A DNA stretch of 64,000 nt from Alloascoidea hylecoeti (Eukaryota), in contig BCKZ01000007.1 in NCBI GenBank assembly GCA_001600815.1, positions 124,001 to 188,000 on the forward strand, in the 5' to 3' direction. Each line of letters begins with the position of its first letter. The stretch's first letter is position 1. The translations under genes were made by a program, and so were the position numbers. The notes beneath the pieces were generated by a model. It saw nothing but the letters and a program-made list of their open reading frames with translations, ran no database searches and had not been told where the DNA came from. Positions 39,950-52,344 of the stretch are shown here, one piece after another.

Positions 39950-41338
39950 TCATTTGATAATCATCCATGTAGCTAAAGTAAATATTGCTATCAATGCAAT
40001 AGCTGTTAGAACAGCAGCACCTGCTTTATCTTTAGTAGTGATTGTAAGAGCATTACCATCTAATTTAGTTTTATTTCCTGAGTTCAAACCAGCTTCTTGA
40101 CTACCTTCTGAACTACCACCAGCATGAGCAGTAAATGGAGCAGGCATATCAGCAAGTAATAAACTTTGAATTGCTTCTAATGCAGACATTTGTTCACCAA
40201 GACCATAATTCCCATCATAAGAACCCGTTTCCCAATTTAAACCACATGTATGACCATCTTTACCACCAGAACATGAAAGAGCAGCAGCAGCAGCAGATTT
40301 TTCAAGTAATGGTCTTATTGTATTATAAGTTGAAGGTACTAAAATTGAAGTCATTCCTAAAAATCTTGATAATAATGCTTTAAAACATCTTTGATCATTA
40401 TTACAACCTCTTTGACTATTTTGACAAGCTGATTCATACATTATATCATTATTAAAAAAAATATTAAGATTATTTTCTAATAATGATGTAACAATTGTTT
40501 CCCATTTTGGATCTTGTGTAAAATTATATAAATATGCAGCACCAGACAAATAAATACCAAAATTATAACTCCATCTTGTTTTATCAAGAGTTGTACAACT
40601 TGTTGATATATCAGCACCATCATATACCATAAAATCTGAACTTACAAAACCAATTTTTGTGATCCATTCCCAAACTCTATCAGCAGTTTCTATGTAAGTT
40701 TCATTACTAGTATATCTTGCTAATCTTGCGGCCATATGAAATAAACAACCATTTGAAATTGTATTTTTATAATCATATCCTGAATTCCAAGTAAATATTT
40801 GCCATCTTAAACCACCAGAACAATATTGAGTATCCCATCTTGAATTAATAGTATTATAAACAGCTTGTGCAAGATATAACCATTGTGGATCATCTTTACC
40901 TGGATTTGTGAAATTTCTTTCAACAGCAGCCATAACAGTTAACCCCCAAAAACCTTGATCATCATTACCTTCAGTCATTGATTGATTTGAAGGTATATAA
41001 TCATTATCTTTACCTGTTTGATGAAGCATACCAGTCATGAGTAAACTCTCATAAGTTTTATTACCGGTTAAATACCAGTTGTCGAGTAATGAACCAAAAG
41101 CAGCCCCTGCTTCCCACCAATAATAAGGATATACAAACATTCCGGGTGTTCCACCATATCGTGTACCATCATAATAATCTAAAATACCATCCTGTATTAA
41201 CGCAGTAGCTTTATAAATAGAATCTTTATTGGTGATGTCGAGATTCAAACAATTTGAAAATGGAAACCATAAGAAATAAAAAAAAACATGAAAAATAGAA
41301 AACCTTTTCCCTGCAATTAAGTAGCTATATATATTCAT
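39950..41338 (-). CDS. DCW1: GH76 GPI-protein transglycosidase/mannosidase (Dcw1/Dfg5)
   Basis: YYWWEAG, TEGNDDQGFWG, GGLRWQIFTWNSGYDYKNTISNG, and a C-terminal hydrophobic GPI signal. DCW1 versus DFG5 not resolved. Confidence 0.93.
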   Translation of the reverse strand: MNIYSYLIAGKRFSIFHVFFYFLWFPFSNCLNLDITNKDSIYKATALIQDGILDYYDGTRYGGTPGMFVYPYYWWEAGAAFGSLLDNWYLTGNKTYESLLMTGMLHQTGKDNDYIPSNQSMTEGNDDQGFWGLTVMAAVERNFTNPGKDDPQWLYLAQAVYNTINSRWDTQYCSGGLRWQIFTWNSGYDYKNTISNGCLFHMAARLARYTSNETYIETADRVWEWITKIGFVSSDFMVYDGADISTSCTTLDKTRWSYNFGIYLSGAAYLYNFTQDPKWETIVTSLLENNLNIFFNNDIMYESACQNSQRGCNNDQRCFKALLSRFLGMTSILVPSTYNTIRPLLEKSAAAAALSCSGGKDGHTCGLNWETGSYDGNYGLGEQMSALEAIQSLLLADMPAPFTAHAGGSSEGSQEAGLNSGNKTKLDGNALTITTKDKAGAAVLTAIALIAIFTLATWMIIK

Positions 41339-41591
41339 TTTAAAAGTACAAAAAAATCCCCACCTAAGAATAGGAAAAATAGTAGTTTAAATTTAGATGG
41401 AGGAGAGATGTAGGGACACGTGAGTGGTCGTATTTATTTTTGGACCCTTATTGCATATTAACAACTTTAGTCTCTCGGGAATAAATAAATATTCTTATAT
41501 TACTTTATTATATAAAATAGACTAGTAGTTACAAAAATTATCTACCTAGTGAAGACGTATTTATTTTGTTAGCCAGCCACCAATCACCACC

Positions 41592-42330
41592 ATGTCAAAA
41601 AACAAACCCTGGTTTAACTCAGGAAAAGGACAATCGACTTGAACATATGGTAACGCCATTGTTTACTTGCAGCTGAAGCCTAAAGTATTCTGTAACAAGA
41701 TTGTAACAAGATTGTGGAGACTTTGCCATTCCCAGATCTCCTTAAGGAATAGATCATATGAAACTCCTCGGTTTAGAGTTTAAGTTTAATAAACAAAAAC
41801 AAAAGATTTCGGCTTTTCGGGAAGATGAGAGAGATATTGGATCACGCTCGGGAAATGTCCACATATGGCTGCATTGATAAATTACTATTTTTTATGATTA
41901 TTTAGCCCATGATGAGATTGTTTGCAAGTCTCTTCGGGTTCTCTATTCGTATAGATTCTTGGCAGAAAATAAAGATAATATGGAGCGTGGTTCAAATGGC
42001 TGGTATGGTTACGTGACAAATATAAACACAATCCATGCAACATTTACAATATGGAAGAGGCCGGTTGTATTCTTGGTAATGTGAGGAAGGCCGGAAAGTT
42101 GGTTCCATTGTAATTTTCGTCTATTCATCAGTTGATCCCTCTTCAAGAGGGACTTGACACCTGTGTTGAATGTGCCAATGCCATAGGTGATTTTGTTCCC
42201 TCTACCATATGTTTACTTTTAAAGTTAAAATTTTCATGATCTCAGAGCTGGAGAGGAAAAAAATGGCTCAATACTTATTCAAAAAGTGATTGAAGAAAAA
42301 TAAATTCGATGGAAGAACCCTCCTCATCTT
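41592..42330 (+). mobile_element. Second pogo/Fot1-like transposase relic (N-terminal half)
   Basis: Manual translation at ~42018-42215 gives KYKHNPCNIYNMEEAGCILG...TCVECANAIGDFVPSTI, matching the DDE_1 pattern IYNMDETG...T.IEC.NA.G..LP. An upstream DFAIPRS HTH-like fragment is also present. Confidence 0.65.
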
Positions 42331-43384
42331 AGATTGTCTTACATATCATATAAACATACGGAATATAATGATACTTACATAGATTTGTGTATTTTTCTAG
42401 AGATATCATAAGTTCTTGATATAGGTAGCCTATATATAAACTAAAATTATTCACCATATTTATATAAAGTAGAATAGTAGTCATAAGTGACAGGGATATA
42501 TAGAACCACTAATCCTAGCCAGGGCTAAGTTACATTCATATCAGAGAGCATGTGATGCCAGTGTAAAACGATGAGGCAACTAAGACCCAACTTATGGAGG
42601 AGGTGTAAAAAATAGGAAAAGTGCATAGGAAGAACTTGTGACCTAATCAGTGATTTACTTGAGAATATATTTAAATAAAGCCTTCAGTTCAAGGCATTGG
42701 AAACGCTCTTTGTTTTACAGTAGATCTAGTAAAGGAAATGATTGAAGAAATAAAATCTATTTCAAGATCAACAAGTCCATAATTTCAGGAGCAAGAAGAT
42801 TTGCTATAATAGAGAGCCTGAAGAAGGCATTAACTGCATATCTACTTAACAATCTATAAAAACACATATTTTTGTCGATGAAGGAACGGAAGGTTTTGTC
42901 GTGCTCTTGCTGAAACCCTGAGTGTTCTAGTAGTATCGTTTATTCCTTTTGTGATATAGTCTTGCATCTAATATTGGATATATATTACACTCTTAGAACA
43001 GTTCACTCAAGAGTTGATTGGCTTTTTGGCGCAATTGGGAGAACAGGCACTTTGAACTTTAACATCTAATGTTAGAAGATCATCCTGACCCGACAAGCAA
43101 TTATACTTATTTATGATATCTTATGACACTCCTTTTTTCAGAAATGATTATAAATTTAAATTTAAGAATTAGCTAACAGATTTATGTACAATATATCGAG
43201 TTTTCTATCTTTATAAAACTATATCATTTAATTATAAAGTTGAAGTTTATTCATTTGATTCTGAAATATGAATATTTTCTAATCTATGTTATATTTACAA
43301 CATCATTCTTTTTGTCGAGGCAAAGTGGGGAATGTTGGAATTGATATAGTTATATCACCTTCGAGATTTTAGGTAACAGTGTTT

Positions 43385-44212
43385 TTAAAAGGCAATCAAA
43401 CCAGATAAGCGGGTTGAAATATGTGATCTGAGTAAAAGTGCCTCCTCGATTGTTGAAGGTTTAATATTAACTCTTTAGCAGGGAAGTTCACTGCAAAGAA
43501 ATATACCAGTAACTATTCTAGCGAAACACCTGCTCGAACAATAAGAAAGTCTACAAAACTTACTGAATGGTTAGTAAATCAAATTCTGAGGGTTGTTAAC
43601 CTTACTCTATGAGAATCTGGCTTCAAAGTTCAATATTAGAATATTAAAGAGCATCTAAGATCCCCTTGTAAAATCATGAATATGGAATATTTTCGATATG
43701 TAAAAGGTCTTATCTAAATGAGAAGACCCAAAGCAACAGAAATATATAATCTAAAGATAGATTGTAGTGGTCTTGGGACGTTTGGGATGGTGGTTGTGTT
43801 TAATGACGAATATTCGGTCGTTACAGGATAAGAAATTCGGGTCTGTAAGACTTATGGTATGGTGTGATTTGACTGAGATTTATGAGGATCTCATACTCTA
43901 GCAGGATAACAAACCCATCCATAAAGCTGAAATAAAGTTGAACTTTGGTGACAAGGAAAATAGAGGTGTTGGACTGGCAGCTTTATTCACCGGAATTGAA
44001 CTAAATTGAGGTTATTTGGAATCTCCTCATAAACGGTCATCACAGGACAGGAATTGCTAGTATTCGCCGCTGTATGGTATAGCAGTGAATATCTATCTAT
44101 AATTTGAGTCCTTTCAGACTATTGGGATACTATGGATCAGAGTACCTGGTCTATTTCATGCCTCGTAGAGTGCCAGCCATTTGTAGGGCTAATGGCACCA
44201 ACACTAAATACT
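43385..44212 (+). mobile_element. Tc1-like (DD34E-type) transposase pseudogene
   Basis: Ordered fragments KKFGSVRLMVWC (43830), IL*QDNKPIHKA (~43895), IEVLDWQLYSPELN*IEVIW (~43960) and MPRRVPAICRANGTNTKY (44158-44211) follow the Tc1 consensus VMVWG, QDN.P.H, WP..SPDLNPIE and SMP.R..AV....G..TKY. Confidence 0.85.
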
Positions 44213-45738
44213 TTAAATTTTCATATAATATCTATCATCTATTTTAAGAATAGTTTGAAGTCTAGTAGAGCATTCAATGGCTGATTATAAGACTATCATT
44301 CTTTTGGAGAGGTGTCCAAGAAAAGGTGTGTGAGGGCTATATGTAAGTAATGTAATTATATTCAATATAATTCAATATTGTATTGTTTCTACTGTAGAAA
44401 TATTCTATATTAATGTCATAAATATAAGAAAAAGCTTCTATTGCTATTTAATCTTTCTATAGAGAAAATTAACGACTACTCTTCAAATTCACTTCAGTGG
44501 CGCTTGTCGTAGACAAGGAAGATAATCGAAAGGATTTAACAACGATACATACATGTAGTTATACACTAGCTACTGAAATAAAAGAATATAACTGTAATTT
44601 ATGCCTAAAGAAAACTAAATAGGTTCTAGACCGTAAACAGTTAGATTGCTTAAACAATCAATATACCGCATGGGCTGCCCTTTCCCCATTAGGATAAAAC
44701 ATAAACTGTAATATTCTGAATAACAGAAAAAGTACTATGCGTAAGATAATTATTCGCTATATATAAAAATATAAGAAATATCATATCGATTTCTCTATAT
44801 ATCTGATAGTAGAATATCTCAACTATATATATACTATTCTCCATAACTTGGCCTCAATCAAGCTCAAACATTCTACAGTTCCTTACCCCAATATTATTCA
44901 TGCATTAAAACTTTAATTCTAAAGGTAGAAAATTCAAATGAAGAAATAGTCTTAAAATTGATTCTATATAAAAGGATCATAGAATTATTGAGTATAGTTT
45001 TGAAGTTTATAATTATGAACTTCTCATGTAAATCATGAAGTTATTCTTCAGGTATAAAACCGCATGGTAGCCGATAGTTGGATTTCAAGGATATAAATAA
45101 ATCAATAACTATATAATGTTAGAATTTTTAAAGCACACTTGAAAATGTTGCAATATTAATCACAATTTTAATTGAAACTTATATAAATGTATTTCTTACT
45201 ACTATATCTATATCGAAATATATTGCTGCCTGAAGAAAGTGAGTTTTGCAAGATGGGTTGATGCCTGCAGATTCTACCTGTACTGGGAGTTCATGGCGGT
45301 TAATTAGACGACATTATCATTTATACTTAAGCTGTAAATAAGATATAATTATGTTGACGATTGTACTGAGGTACTTTTGCTTCATGGTATGATTGATTTA
45401 GAGAGTTTGAAAGATACATTTAATAATAATATGAAATGCAAATTAAAGTTTAATAACTGTTGAAGATTGTAGCAAAGTAGACCAAGTCATATTGCTAAAA
45501 GAGTAATTAAAGTGACAATATAAAATCTATATTAGGTAAGTAGTTGCTGATAAGCAGTCCTCAGGCACTATCTCTTTTCGCAACTGTCTACTGAGCCAGC
45601 AATGAGCATGACGAGATAAGTAGTTTTTTTTATTATGTTCCCTACTCTTCTTTCATCTTTCTCTTCTTACACAATCATTTTTTACAACCATATTTTGGAA
45701 AGTATTATTTCATCTACAACTAAATACTTGAAACAAAA

Positions 45739-46875
45739 ATGTATAAACAAAGTTCCGACGATTCCAATCCACCTCGATTTAAGCGTGCAAGCTGGGCTTA
45801 TCGCAATAAGGAGGAATTAAATTCATTTAAAAACACCACTAATTTTGGTCGAGTAATTTTTGATATGCATGGATCTGATGACAATGGTGACCGTTCAAAT
45901 GCTTCCCAATCCTCTTTCACAACCCCATCACATACTTTTACTAATGAATCAATTTTGAATAAAAATTCTACTTCTTATGTAGAACCATCTTTTAATAATT
46001 CTAGCTCTTTTTTTGACTCAAATAATATTAGTAACGATTTAAATGCTGCCAAATCCTCAATCACAACTTCACTACATATTAAACAATCACTTTTAAACGC
46101 AATTTTAACTGAAGAGACAAATTTTTTTAGCGGATGTTCTGATGAGAATTTCTCTAATTATTCTTTTTCTGATTCTGATGATAATACTGATTGTTCAAAC
46201 GCTACAAAATCTTCTATCACAACCCCACCACATAATTTCACTAATGAATCAACTTTATATGAAAAGTCTCCTTCTTATATTGAGCTAATAAGGAGTGTGT
46301 ATCTTATCCAACAGAAACTCTCTTTTGATGACCATGACTTTAATGACTCTGGTTCTGATTCTAATGATAATGTTGACCGTTTAAATGCTACCCAATCTTC
46401 TATCACAACCTCACCACATAATTTTAATAATGAATCAAATTTAAATGAAGAGTCCCTTTTTAATAATTACCCATCTTCTGATGAGCATGATTCTAATGAT
46501 TCTAATGATTCTGATTCTTTTTCTGATTCTGATGATAATGTCGACCGTTTAAGTACTACCCAATCGGATAGAGTCACAGCTCATAATTATAATAAGAGTC
46601 TAATTAAGTACCCCAATTGTTTTCAGGGAAAGTTTGTTTTGGATGGATTTGATGAGCCTGATTCTGATGAGCCTGATTCTGATGAGCCTGATTATGTTAA
46701 GAATGATTTTGATGAGTTTGATTTTGGTGAGCTTGACTCCGATAAGCATGATTTTGATGAGTATGATTTTGTCACGACTGATTCTGACACTCTGACTCTT
46801 AAGTCATTAGATTCAGAAGATGAAGAACTCGCGTCTGATATAGGCCATTCTTATAGAAAACTACATATGAGTTAA
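45739..46875 (+). CDS. Orphan acidic Ser/Asp/Asn-rich protein with internal repeats
   Basis: 378-codon ORF in AT-rich DNA. About 5 copies of SDDN.DR.NA.QSS.TT.PH.F.NES, and C-terminal 15-bp repeats (DEPDS). Confidence 0.6.
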   Translation: MYKQSSDDSNPPRFKRASWAYRNKEELNSFKNTTNFGRVIFDMHGSDDNGDRSNASQSSFTTPSHTFTNESILNKNSTSYVEPSFNNSSSFFDSNNISNDLNAAKSSITTSLHIKQSLLNAILTEETNFFSGCSDENFSNYSFSDSDDNTDCSNATKSSITTPPHNFTNESTLYEKSPSYIELIRSVYLIQQKLSFDDHDFNDSGSDSNDNVDRLNATQSSITTSPHNFNNESNLNEESLFNNYPSSDEHDSNDSNDSDSFSDSDDNVDRLSTTQSDRVTAHNYNKSLIKYPNCFQGKFVLDGFDEPDSDEPDSDEPDYVKNDFDEFDFGELDSDKHDFDEYDFVTTDSDTLTLKSLDSEDEELASDIGHSYRKLHMS

Positions 46876-47619
46876 TACCACCCCAAACAAGATTGTCACT
46901 ATTACTACTTACAGTACTTACAGCACTTACAGCAGCATATACTGGTAAATAAATAAATAAATATGGATGAAGATTAAATTAAAAGGACGGCGAGTCAATG
47001 CCATAAAAGTTTCCAAGGGATCATTCAAAGTTGTTCGTATATGTTGTAATTAATTTGACTAATAAATATAACAAAAGAGAAATAAATCAGACTAAATTGT
47101 CAATTTCTCCCTATAGCTATGTGCTTTTTTAAAAATGGTTAGTTAAAGTTGTTAATAGCTGCGATTGATACCATATGCATCCAAGTATTGACTATATTGG
47201 ATTCCTTGTCAAGTATCTTAGCAAAGGAGATAGTATGATGGATTTCAACTGAGATTCACAAACTTTAAGCGTTAGTCCCTAACTAGAAACTTTTTAATTG
47301 AGGAAATCACCCATAGAGTGAAAACGAAAACCCCCTACTTTCTAACGTATAGCCTATAGATAATAATATATATTAATTACATATCCCCAGTCTCTTTCAT
47401 TTAGTATTTATGGCGGTGTCCCGGGATATCCTATATTCCTCCGTAATTCTAGGCATATATCAAATGCCCCTTATTATTTTTCAGCTGGGGCTTTGATATT
47501 TGTTATTGTTTTTTGGAGCCTGGATCCTTTTTTTATATCTTTTTTCCTAATATGGTAGGCACTACTCTGACATCAATTGATGATGAAATAAGTGTTCGTT
47601 TGGGAATTGCCAAATAAGT

Positions 47620-47704
47620 GGTTTTGTAGTGTAGTGGTTATCACTGTAGATTCTGATTAGATCTGAATATTCTACTAACCCCGGTTCGAATCCGGGCAAG
47701 ACCT
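47620..47704 (+). tRNA. tRNA-Gln (anticodon CTG) with 13-nt intron 47657-47669
   Basis: Acceptor stem GGTTTTG/CAAGACC, anticodon stem GTAGA/TCTAC, T-arm CCCGG-TTCGAAT-CCGGG, downstream T-run terminator. Confidence 0.92.
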
Positions 47705-48939
47705 TCGAATTTAACTTTTTAATAAATTAACTTTTTTTTTTTTTGATTAATCACTTAGGTGCTACGGACAAAAAAAGAAAAGGAAAGGTGTATAAATATT
47801 ACATCCTTTATTCGTATTGATTAAGTAAGAAGTTGGAAATGGTGGTAATAATACTATAAAATGTAATAACATTACTCAAAAAAGAGTGAACTACAACATT
47901 AGGTATTTTTGCCTAGCAATAGGTCTTTTTGTTTTCACAATTTTGTAGTTGTTAAAAATATAATATTTATAGAAAAAGCAGTTTAATATAGAGCCTTAAT
48001 GGCCACTTGAAAAAAAAAAAAAAATAAAGTAGTTGATCATATTAGATATAATATCAGATTTGGTTTGACCGCACAGGTATTTAAACCTTTGTTATATAGA
48101 ATTATTCAATAAATCTTTTTATCCTTTTATAGATTAATAATTTATAATAAAATGGTTAAGTAAAAAAAAGAACCGTTTATAAAAAGGTTCTGAGTCGAGT
48201 CAATCAGTTCTTTGTTTCTGTGAATTAAATAATAATCCTTCTATTTCTCTATAAAAAACTAAACGGAAATTTAAAACACATTTCTAGATCTAGCGCTGGA
48301 TTTTGAAGACCGGGTAAAAAACTTGAAATGAAAATTAGCTGTTACAGACAGTCAGTGGACACCTGGAGAGACAATGTTAGCAAATCTCTACACATATGTA
48401 CTATGATAAATGATACAAAATTTCTTAGCTTTGTTAGATTATATTTAGGTAGTCTGTCAACATCTGAGAATAGGGAAACAAATTTTATGTCGAGTCTACC
48501 TTCTCAATGAACTAGACTACTTAATCTATATAAAAAAACTTGAATTATATTAATCTGAATTATGTTACCATTCTGGACCTCCTTGGTGTGAAGAAAGTCA
48601 GCATTGTAAATTTCATAATCATATTGAATGTTTAAATTTAGCAATTCGAATGGTGAGTAAGAGATTTAAGTTATGGAGATAAGACCTTGGTCCAAACGAC
48701 AATGTGTGGTTACTCAACAGTCATTATTTATAGTGGAATCATAAGTTACTTTAGAGAGGGTAGAAAGTTACAATTCAGATTATAAGTGAAGCGGTCATTT
48801 GCAATTGCAATTATAAGAAAGATTTCACCTTAAATTGTAAATGTGAACCTAGAAATATTTTTTACATCACAGTTAATACTAACATTAGATTTAACAATTT
48901 AAGATAGTTATGATATTTTTATAATAATATTTAAAAGAT

Positions 48940-50685
48940 TTATTGATTTTTCTTTATAGAATTTTCCGATTTAAAAATTTCGTCATCCATAAAATATAAC
49001 CAACTTAAGCCAATCCAACTCATAATAACACCAATTGAACAATAAGTACTAATTAACATTAATTTTAAAAATTCATATTTTTCCAAATTTATTTTTAAAA
49101 TTATTTCATTTATTGGACCTAAATTAAATAAAGAAATTAATCTTAATATTTTGATATCAAATATTAATGTTAATGAAATTAATAATGGTATAAAACCAAA
49201 TTTATACCAATTTAATAATCGATCAAAATAAAAAATTCTTAAATTTAATGATGTTGTATTTGAATTTGAATTTGAATAATCACAAATGTTTTCAAATAAT
49301 TTTAAAAATATTATGATCCAAATATAAGTGTAAATGATTTTAATTAAATATTCACCACTTGTAAATAATAAAGGAAATAAAGAAATATAACCAGATATTA
49401 CTAAAATTGAAAATGAACCTAATAATCTTTTTGATAATGGTACAATTAAAGTAAATGGGAAAATAACCAATAATATTGCCTTTTCATGAACATGATAACC
49501 AAATAAAAAAGAACTATAACCACATAATGTCAGGCAAGCAATAAATTTTTCATAACTTGGATTAATAAATAATGGAATTAAACTTATTAAATCATAAAAT
49601 AATGTTAATAAAAATGTAATTCTTGGTGTAATATCAGGTAATATTGTAAAAACCACATCACCAACAATACCTCTTGTTGATCCAAAACTTTGTTTTCCGA
49701 TTAAGATTGTTAAAATCCTATCAATAAATGAATATAATGCCCATATATTTGGTGCCCAATAAGCATGTGTTAAACCTCTTGCAAATGGAAATAATCTTTT
49801 TAAAACCTTATCAATTTGATTAAAATAAATCCATGGACCAAAAGCAATTAAAAATATAATTAAAACCGAAGAACTTAATTTAATTAAATTTAGCCATTTA
49901 ATTGAATTTAAATATGTTTTTTTAAATTTCCAGTTAAAATTTGATAAATCAAGACAATAAATTTTTAATAAATAAATAAACCAAGCAGGAGCTAAATATA
50001 AGTAAATATGTTTAAAACATAATAAGACTGCAAATAATATACCAGATAATAATGGTTTTTGCCTTTGTGCTGCAAATAATGATAAAAACATTATACCATA
50101 CATCATTCCATTATATTGAAAATGAATGTGATCAATTATAAATAAACCAGGACTTAAAACAATTGAACTTGCAACTATAAAAGATTTAATTTTTTCTGAA
50201 TTTGATTGATTTCTAGAATAATTAATATAATATTGTAATGCTCCAAATAGCACTAATTCACTAATTATAACAGAAGTTCTTTGAAATACAATAATTGACC
50301 ATGAATCATTTCCTTTTTCAACAATATCTAAAATTCCATCATTTTTAATAATAAAATTTGGTATAAATTTACTAATTATAAATTCAAACCATGCAAAAAA
50401 TGGAGGATAATCAAGTGTCCATTGTGAAGTTGATTCAGTATACCATTTCGAAAGTGGTAAAGTATTTGTTATTGCAAGCCAATTTCTATGAACTTCAAAA
50501 TCAGTTGAATGATAAGCAGGAAATAATAAAATTTTTAAACATGTTGAAGCAATAAATATATTTTTTAAAGAATATTTAAAAGGTTTATTTAAATTTGATG
50601 ATGTTTCTTTTTCAATTTGAGATTCTTGATTTAATTTTGGGTTTACTTTTTGTATTGGTTTAGTTTTGGTTTTGGTTTTGGACAT
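48940..50685 (-). CDS. ALG8: Dolichyl-P-Glc alpha-1,3-glucosyltransferase
   Basis: YHSTDFEVHRNWLAIT, WTLDYPPFFAWFE, DHIHFQYNG, RLFPFARGLTHAYWAPN and HVHEKAIL. An alternative upstream ATG exists at 50727. Confidence 0.95.
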   Translation of the reverse strand: MSKTKTKTKPIQKVNPKLNQESQIEKETSSNLNKPFKYSLKNIFIASTCLKILLFPAYHSTDFEVHRNWLAITNTLPLSKWYTESTSQWTLDYPPFFAWFEFIISKFIPNFIIKNDGILDIVEKGNDSWSIIVFQRTSVIISELVLFGALQYYINYSRNQSNSEKIKSFIVASSIVLSPGLFIIDHIHFQYNGMMYGIMFLSLFAAQRQKPLLSGILFAVLLCFKHIYLYLAPAWFIYLLKIYCLDLSNFNWKFKKTYLNSIKWLNLIKLSSSVLIIFLIAFGPWIYFNQIDKVLKRLFPFARGLTHAYWAPNIWALYSFIDRILTILIGKQSFGSTRGIVGDVVFTILPDITPRITFLLTLFYDLISLIPLFINPSYEKFIACLTLCGYSSFLFGYHVHEKAILLVIFPFTLIVPLSKRLLGSFSILVISGYISLFPLLFTSGEYLIKIIYTYIWIIIFLKLFENICDYSNSNSNTTSLNLRIFYFDRLLNWYKFGFIPLLISLTLIFDIKILRLISLFNLGPINEIILKINLEKYEFLKLMLISTYCSIGVIMSWIGLSWLYFMDDEIFKSENSIKKNQ

Positions 50686-50994
50686 TATTCTGGAAGTGAA
50701 GGTGAAAAATGGAGTTACGTGTAACATTTTTGTAATTACAATTTTCAGACACGTACGATTATTGAAAACTTAACTCCAAAATGCAACCAATATATATAAA
50801 TAATCATTCATCATTCATATTTATACTTCAAAATTTATATTTTATCATTAATTAGTTATACAAATATAATAATGATTTTACAATGATAATTTATCTTATG
50901 GATGACTAATTATATAAATGAATTATTCCAACACCAACTTTAAACAAACTTATACACAAAACAAAATTCAAATAAATAAAAGAAATGATAAATC

Positions 50995-52080
50995 TTAAAA
51001 GAAATCATCATTTTCATCAAGTGCACCTAAACTAACAACTTCACCAGGTTTAAAAGGTGGTAATCCAATATATGGACATCCATCACATCTAAAAGCATCA
51101 CCTAATGCACAACTTCCACAACTACCAACTTTACCAGGTATCGTAAAATCAATTTCTGCAGTTTCATCTTCATCAAGTTTTATGATATTTGTATTTATTT
51201 GAGTTTTTGATGATGATTTTAATGAATTTAAAAATTTATCTTGTTTTAAAAATTTTGCTTCTTCTTCTTGTTGTTCTAATTCTTTTAAACCACAAGTACA
51301 ATCTTTACAAGCTTTTTTCTTCCTTTTACCACCAGATAAATCTAATTTGCAATCATTCGGTAATTGAATAGCATCAGATAATATAAAGTCATCATTTTCA
51401 ATCAGTTCATCTTCATTAATTAAATCAATATCATCATCATCATTAAATGAATCATCAAAAAATGTAAGTTTTAAATTATTTAATTTTCTTGAATTTTGTT
51501 CTGATGAATCTGAATCTGATGATGTATCTGATGTATCTGTAAGTCCAATAAAATCTTGTTTAAATTCAGTATTAATATTTGTATTTGTATTTGTACTTGA
51601 AAGCTTGGGTATTCTTTTAAATGGGAATTTTTTACCAACATTACTTGTTTTATTCACCCTTGAATTGCGTAGTTTTCCTAATGGAACGGCTACTGTTTCA
51701 ATTTTAGCTGGCCGTATCCACGTATTATCTTCATCAGACTTCATGATAAATCCCGCCATAATAGCATCCATCATCTGTTGTTTTAATACACCTTTAATCT
51801 GACCATTCGGCTTTAATGAATTGTATAATTTCTCCAACATTGAAGTAGGAAGTGACTCACCTCCTAGAACTTGTGCTGCCTCGGAAAGATAAACAATGAG
51901 ATTGTAAGTGGAGGTTGGCAGAGACATGATGTCCAACACCAGTCTATCAAGCACCTGATGTGAGATGGTTGCACGGGGGAAATCTGTCTTTAACTGGGAC
52001 ATTTTGTTCTCCACTATGGTTGGAGTAGAAACCACCGAAGGATGAAGGAGTAATAAGATCTGTTCTGTCTCTGCTGTCAT
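50995..52080 (-). CDS. DRE2: Cytosolic Fe-S assembly factor Dre2/anamorsin
   Basis: Cluster-binding motifs [12 protein letters not shown] and [23 protein letters not shown]. Confidence 0.95.
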   Translation of the reverse strand: MTAETEQILLLLHPSVVSTPTIVENKMSQLKTDFPRATISHQVLDRLVLDIMSLPTSTYNLIVYLSEAAQVLGGESLPTSMLEKLYNSLKPNGQIKGVLKQQMMDAIMAGFIMKSDEDNTWIRPAKIETVAVPLGKLRNSRVNKTSNVGKKFPFKRIPKLSSTNTNTNINTEFKQDFIGLTDTSDTSSDSDSSEQNSRKLNNLKLTFFDDSFNDDDDIDLINEDELIENDDFILSDAIQLPNDCKLDLSGGKRKKKACKDCTCGLKELEQQEEEAKFLKQDKFLNSLKSSSKTQINTNIIKLDEDETAEIDFTIPGKVGSCGSCALGDAFRCDGCPYIGLPPFKPGEVVSLGALDENDDFF

Positions 52081-52344
52081 TTTTTTTTTTTTTTTTGATG
52101 AAGCTGATTTTTTTTGATGATTATAAATTTGGATGATGAGATATTTATATTTGGAGGATCAAATTATAAAAAATAAGATAAAACACGTGACGCGGCCCTT
52201 TTCCGGTAAAAATATGAAATCTGCACGGGAAAATATTACCCAAAACGGCAATTCTTACAAATGGCGGTGTCTGATTGGTAATTGCAATTTATAATATTAT
52301 GTAAGCTTACTTTTCATTTGTAAGTTGCAACCAAATGATTTAAA

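Noticed and set aside
43110..44340. Terminal inverted repeats for the Tc1 relic (~43118-43148 versus ~44297-44327)
   Set aside because: The similarity is only partial and too degraded to fix boundaries or a TA target duplication.
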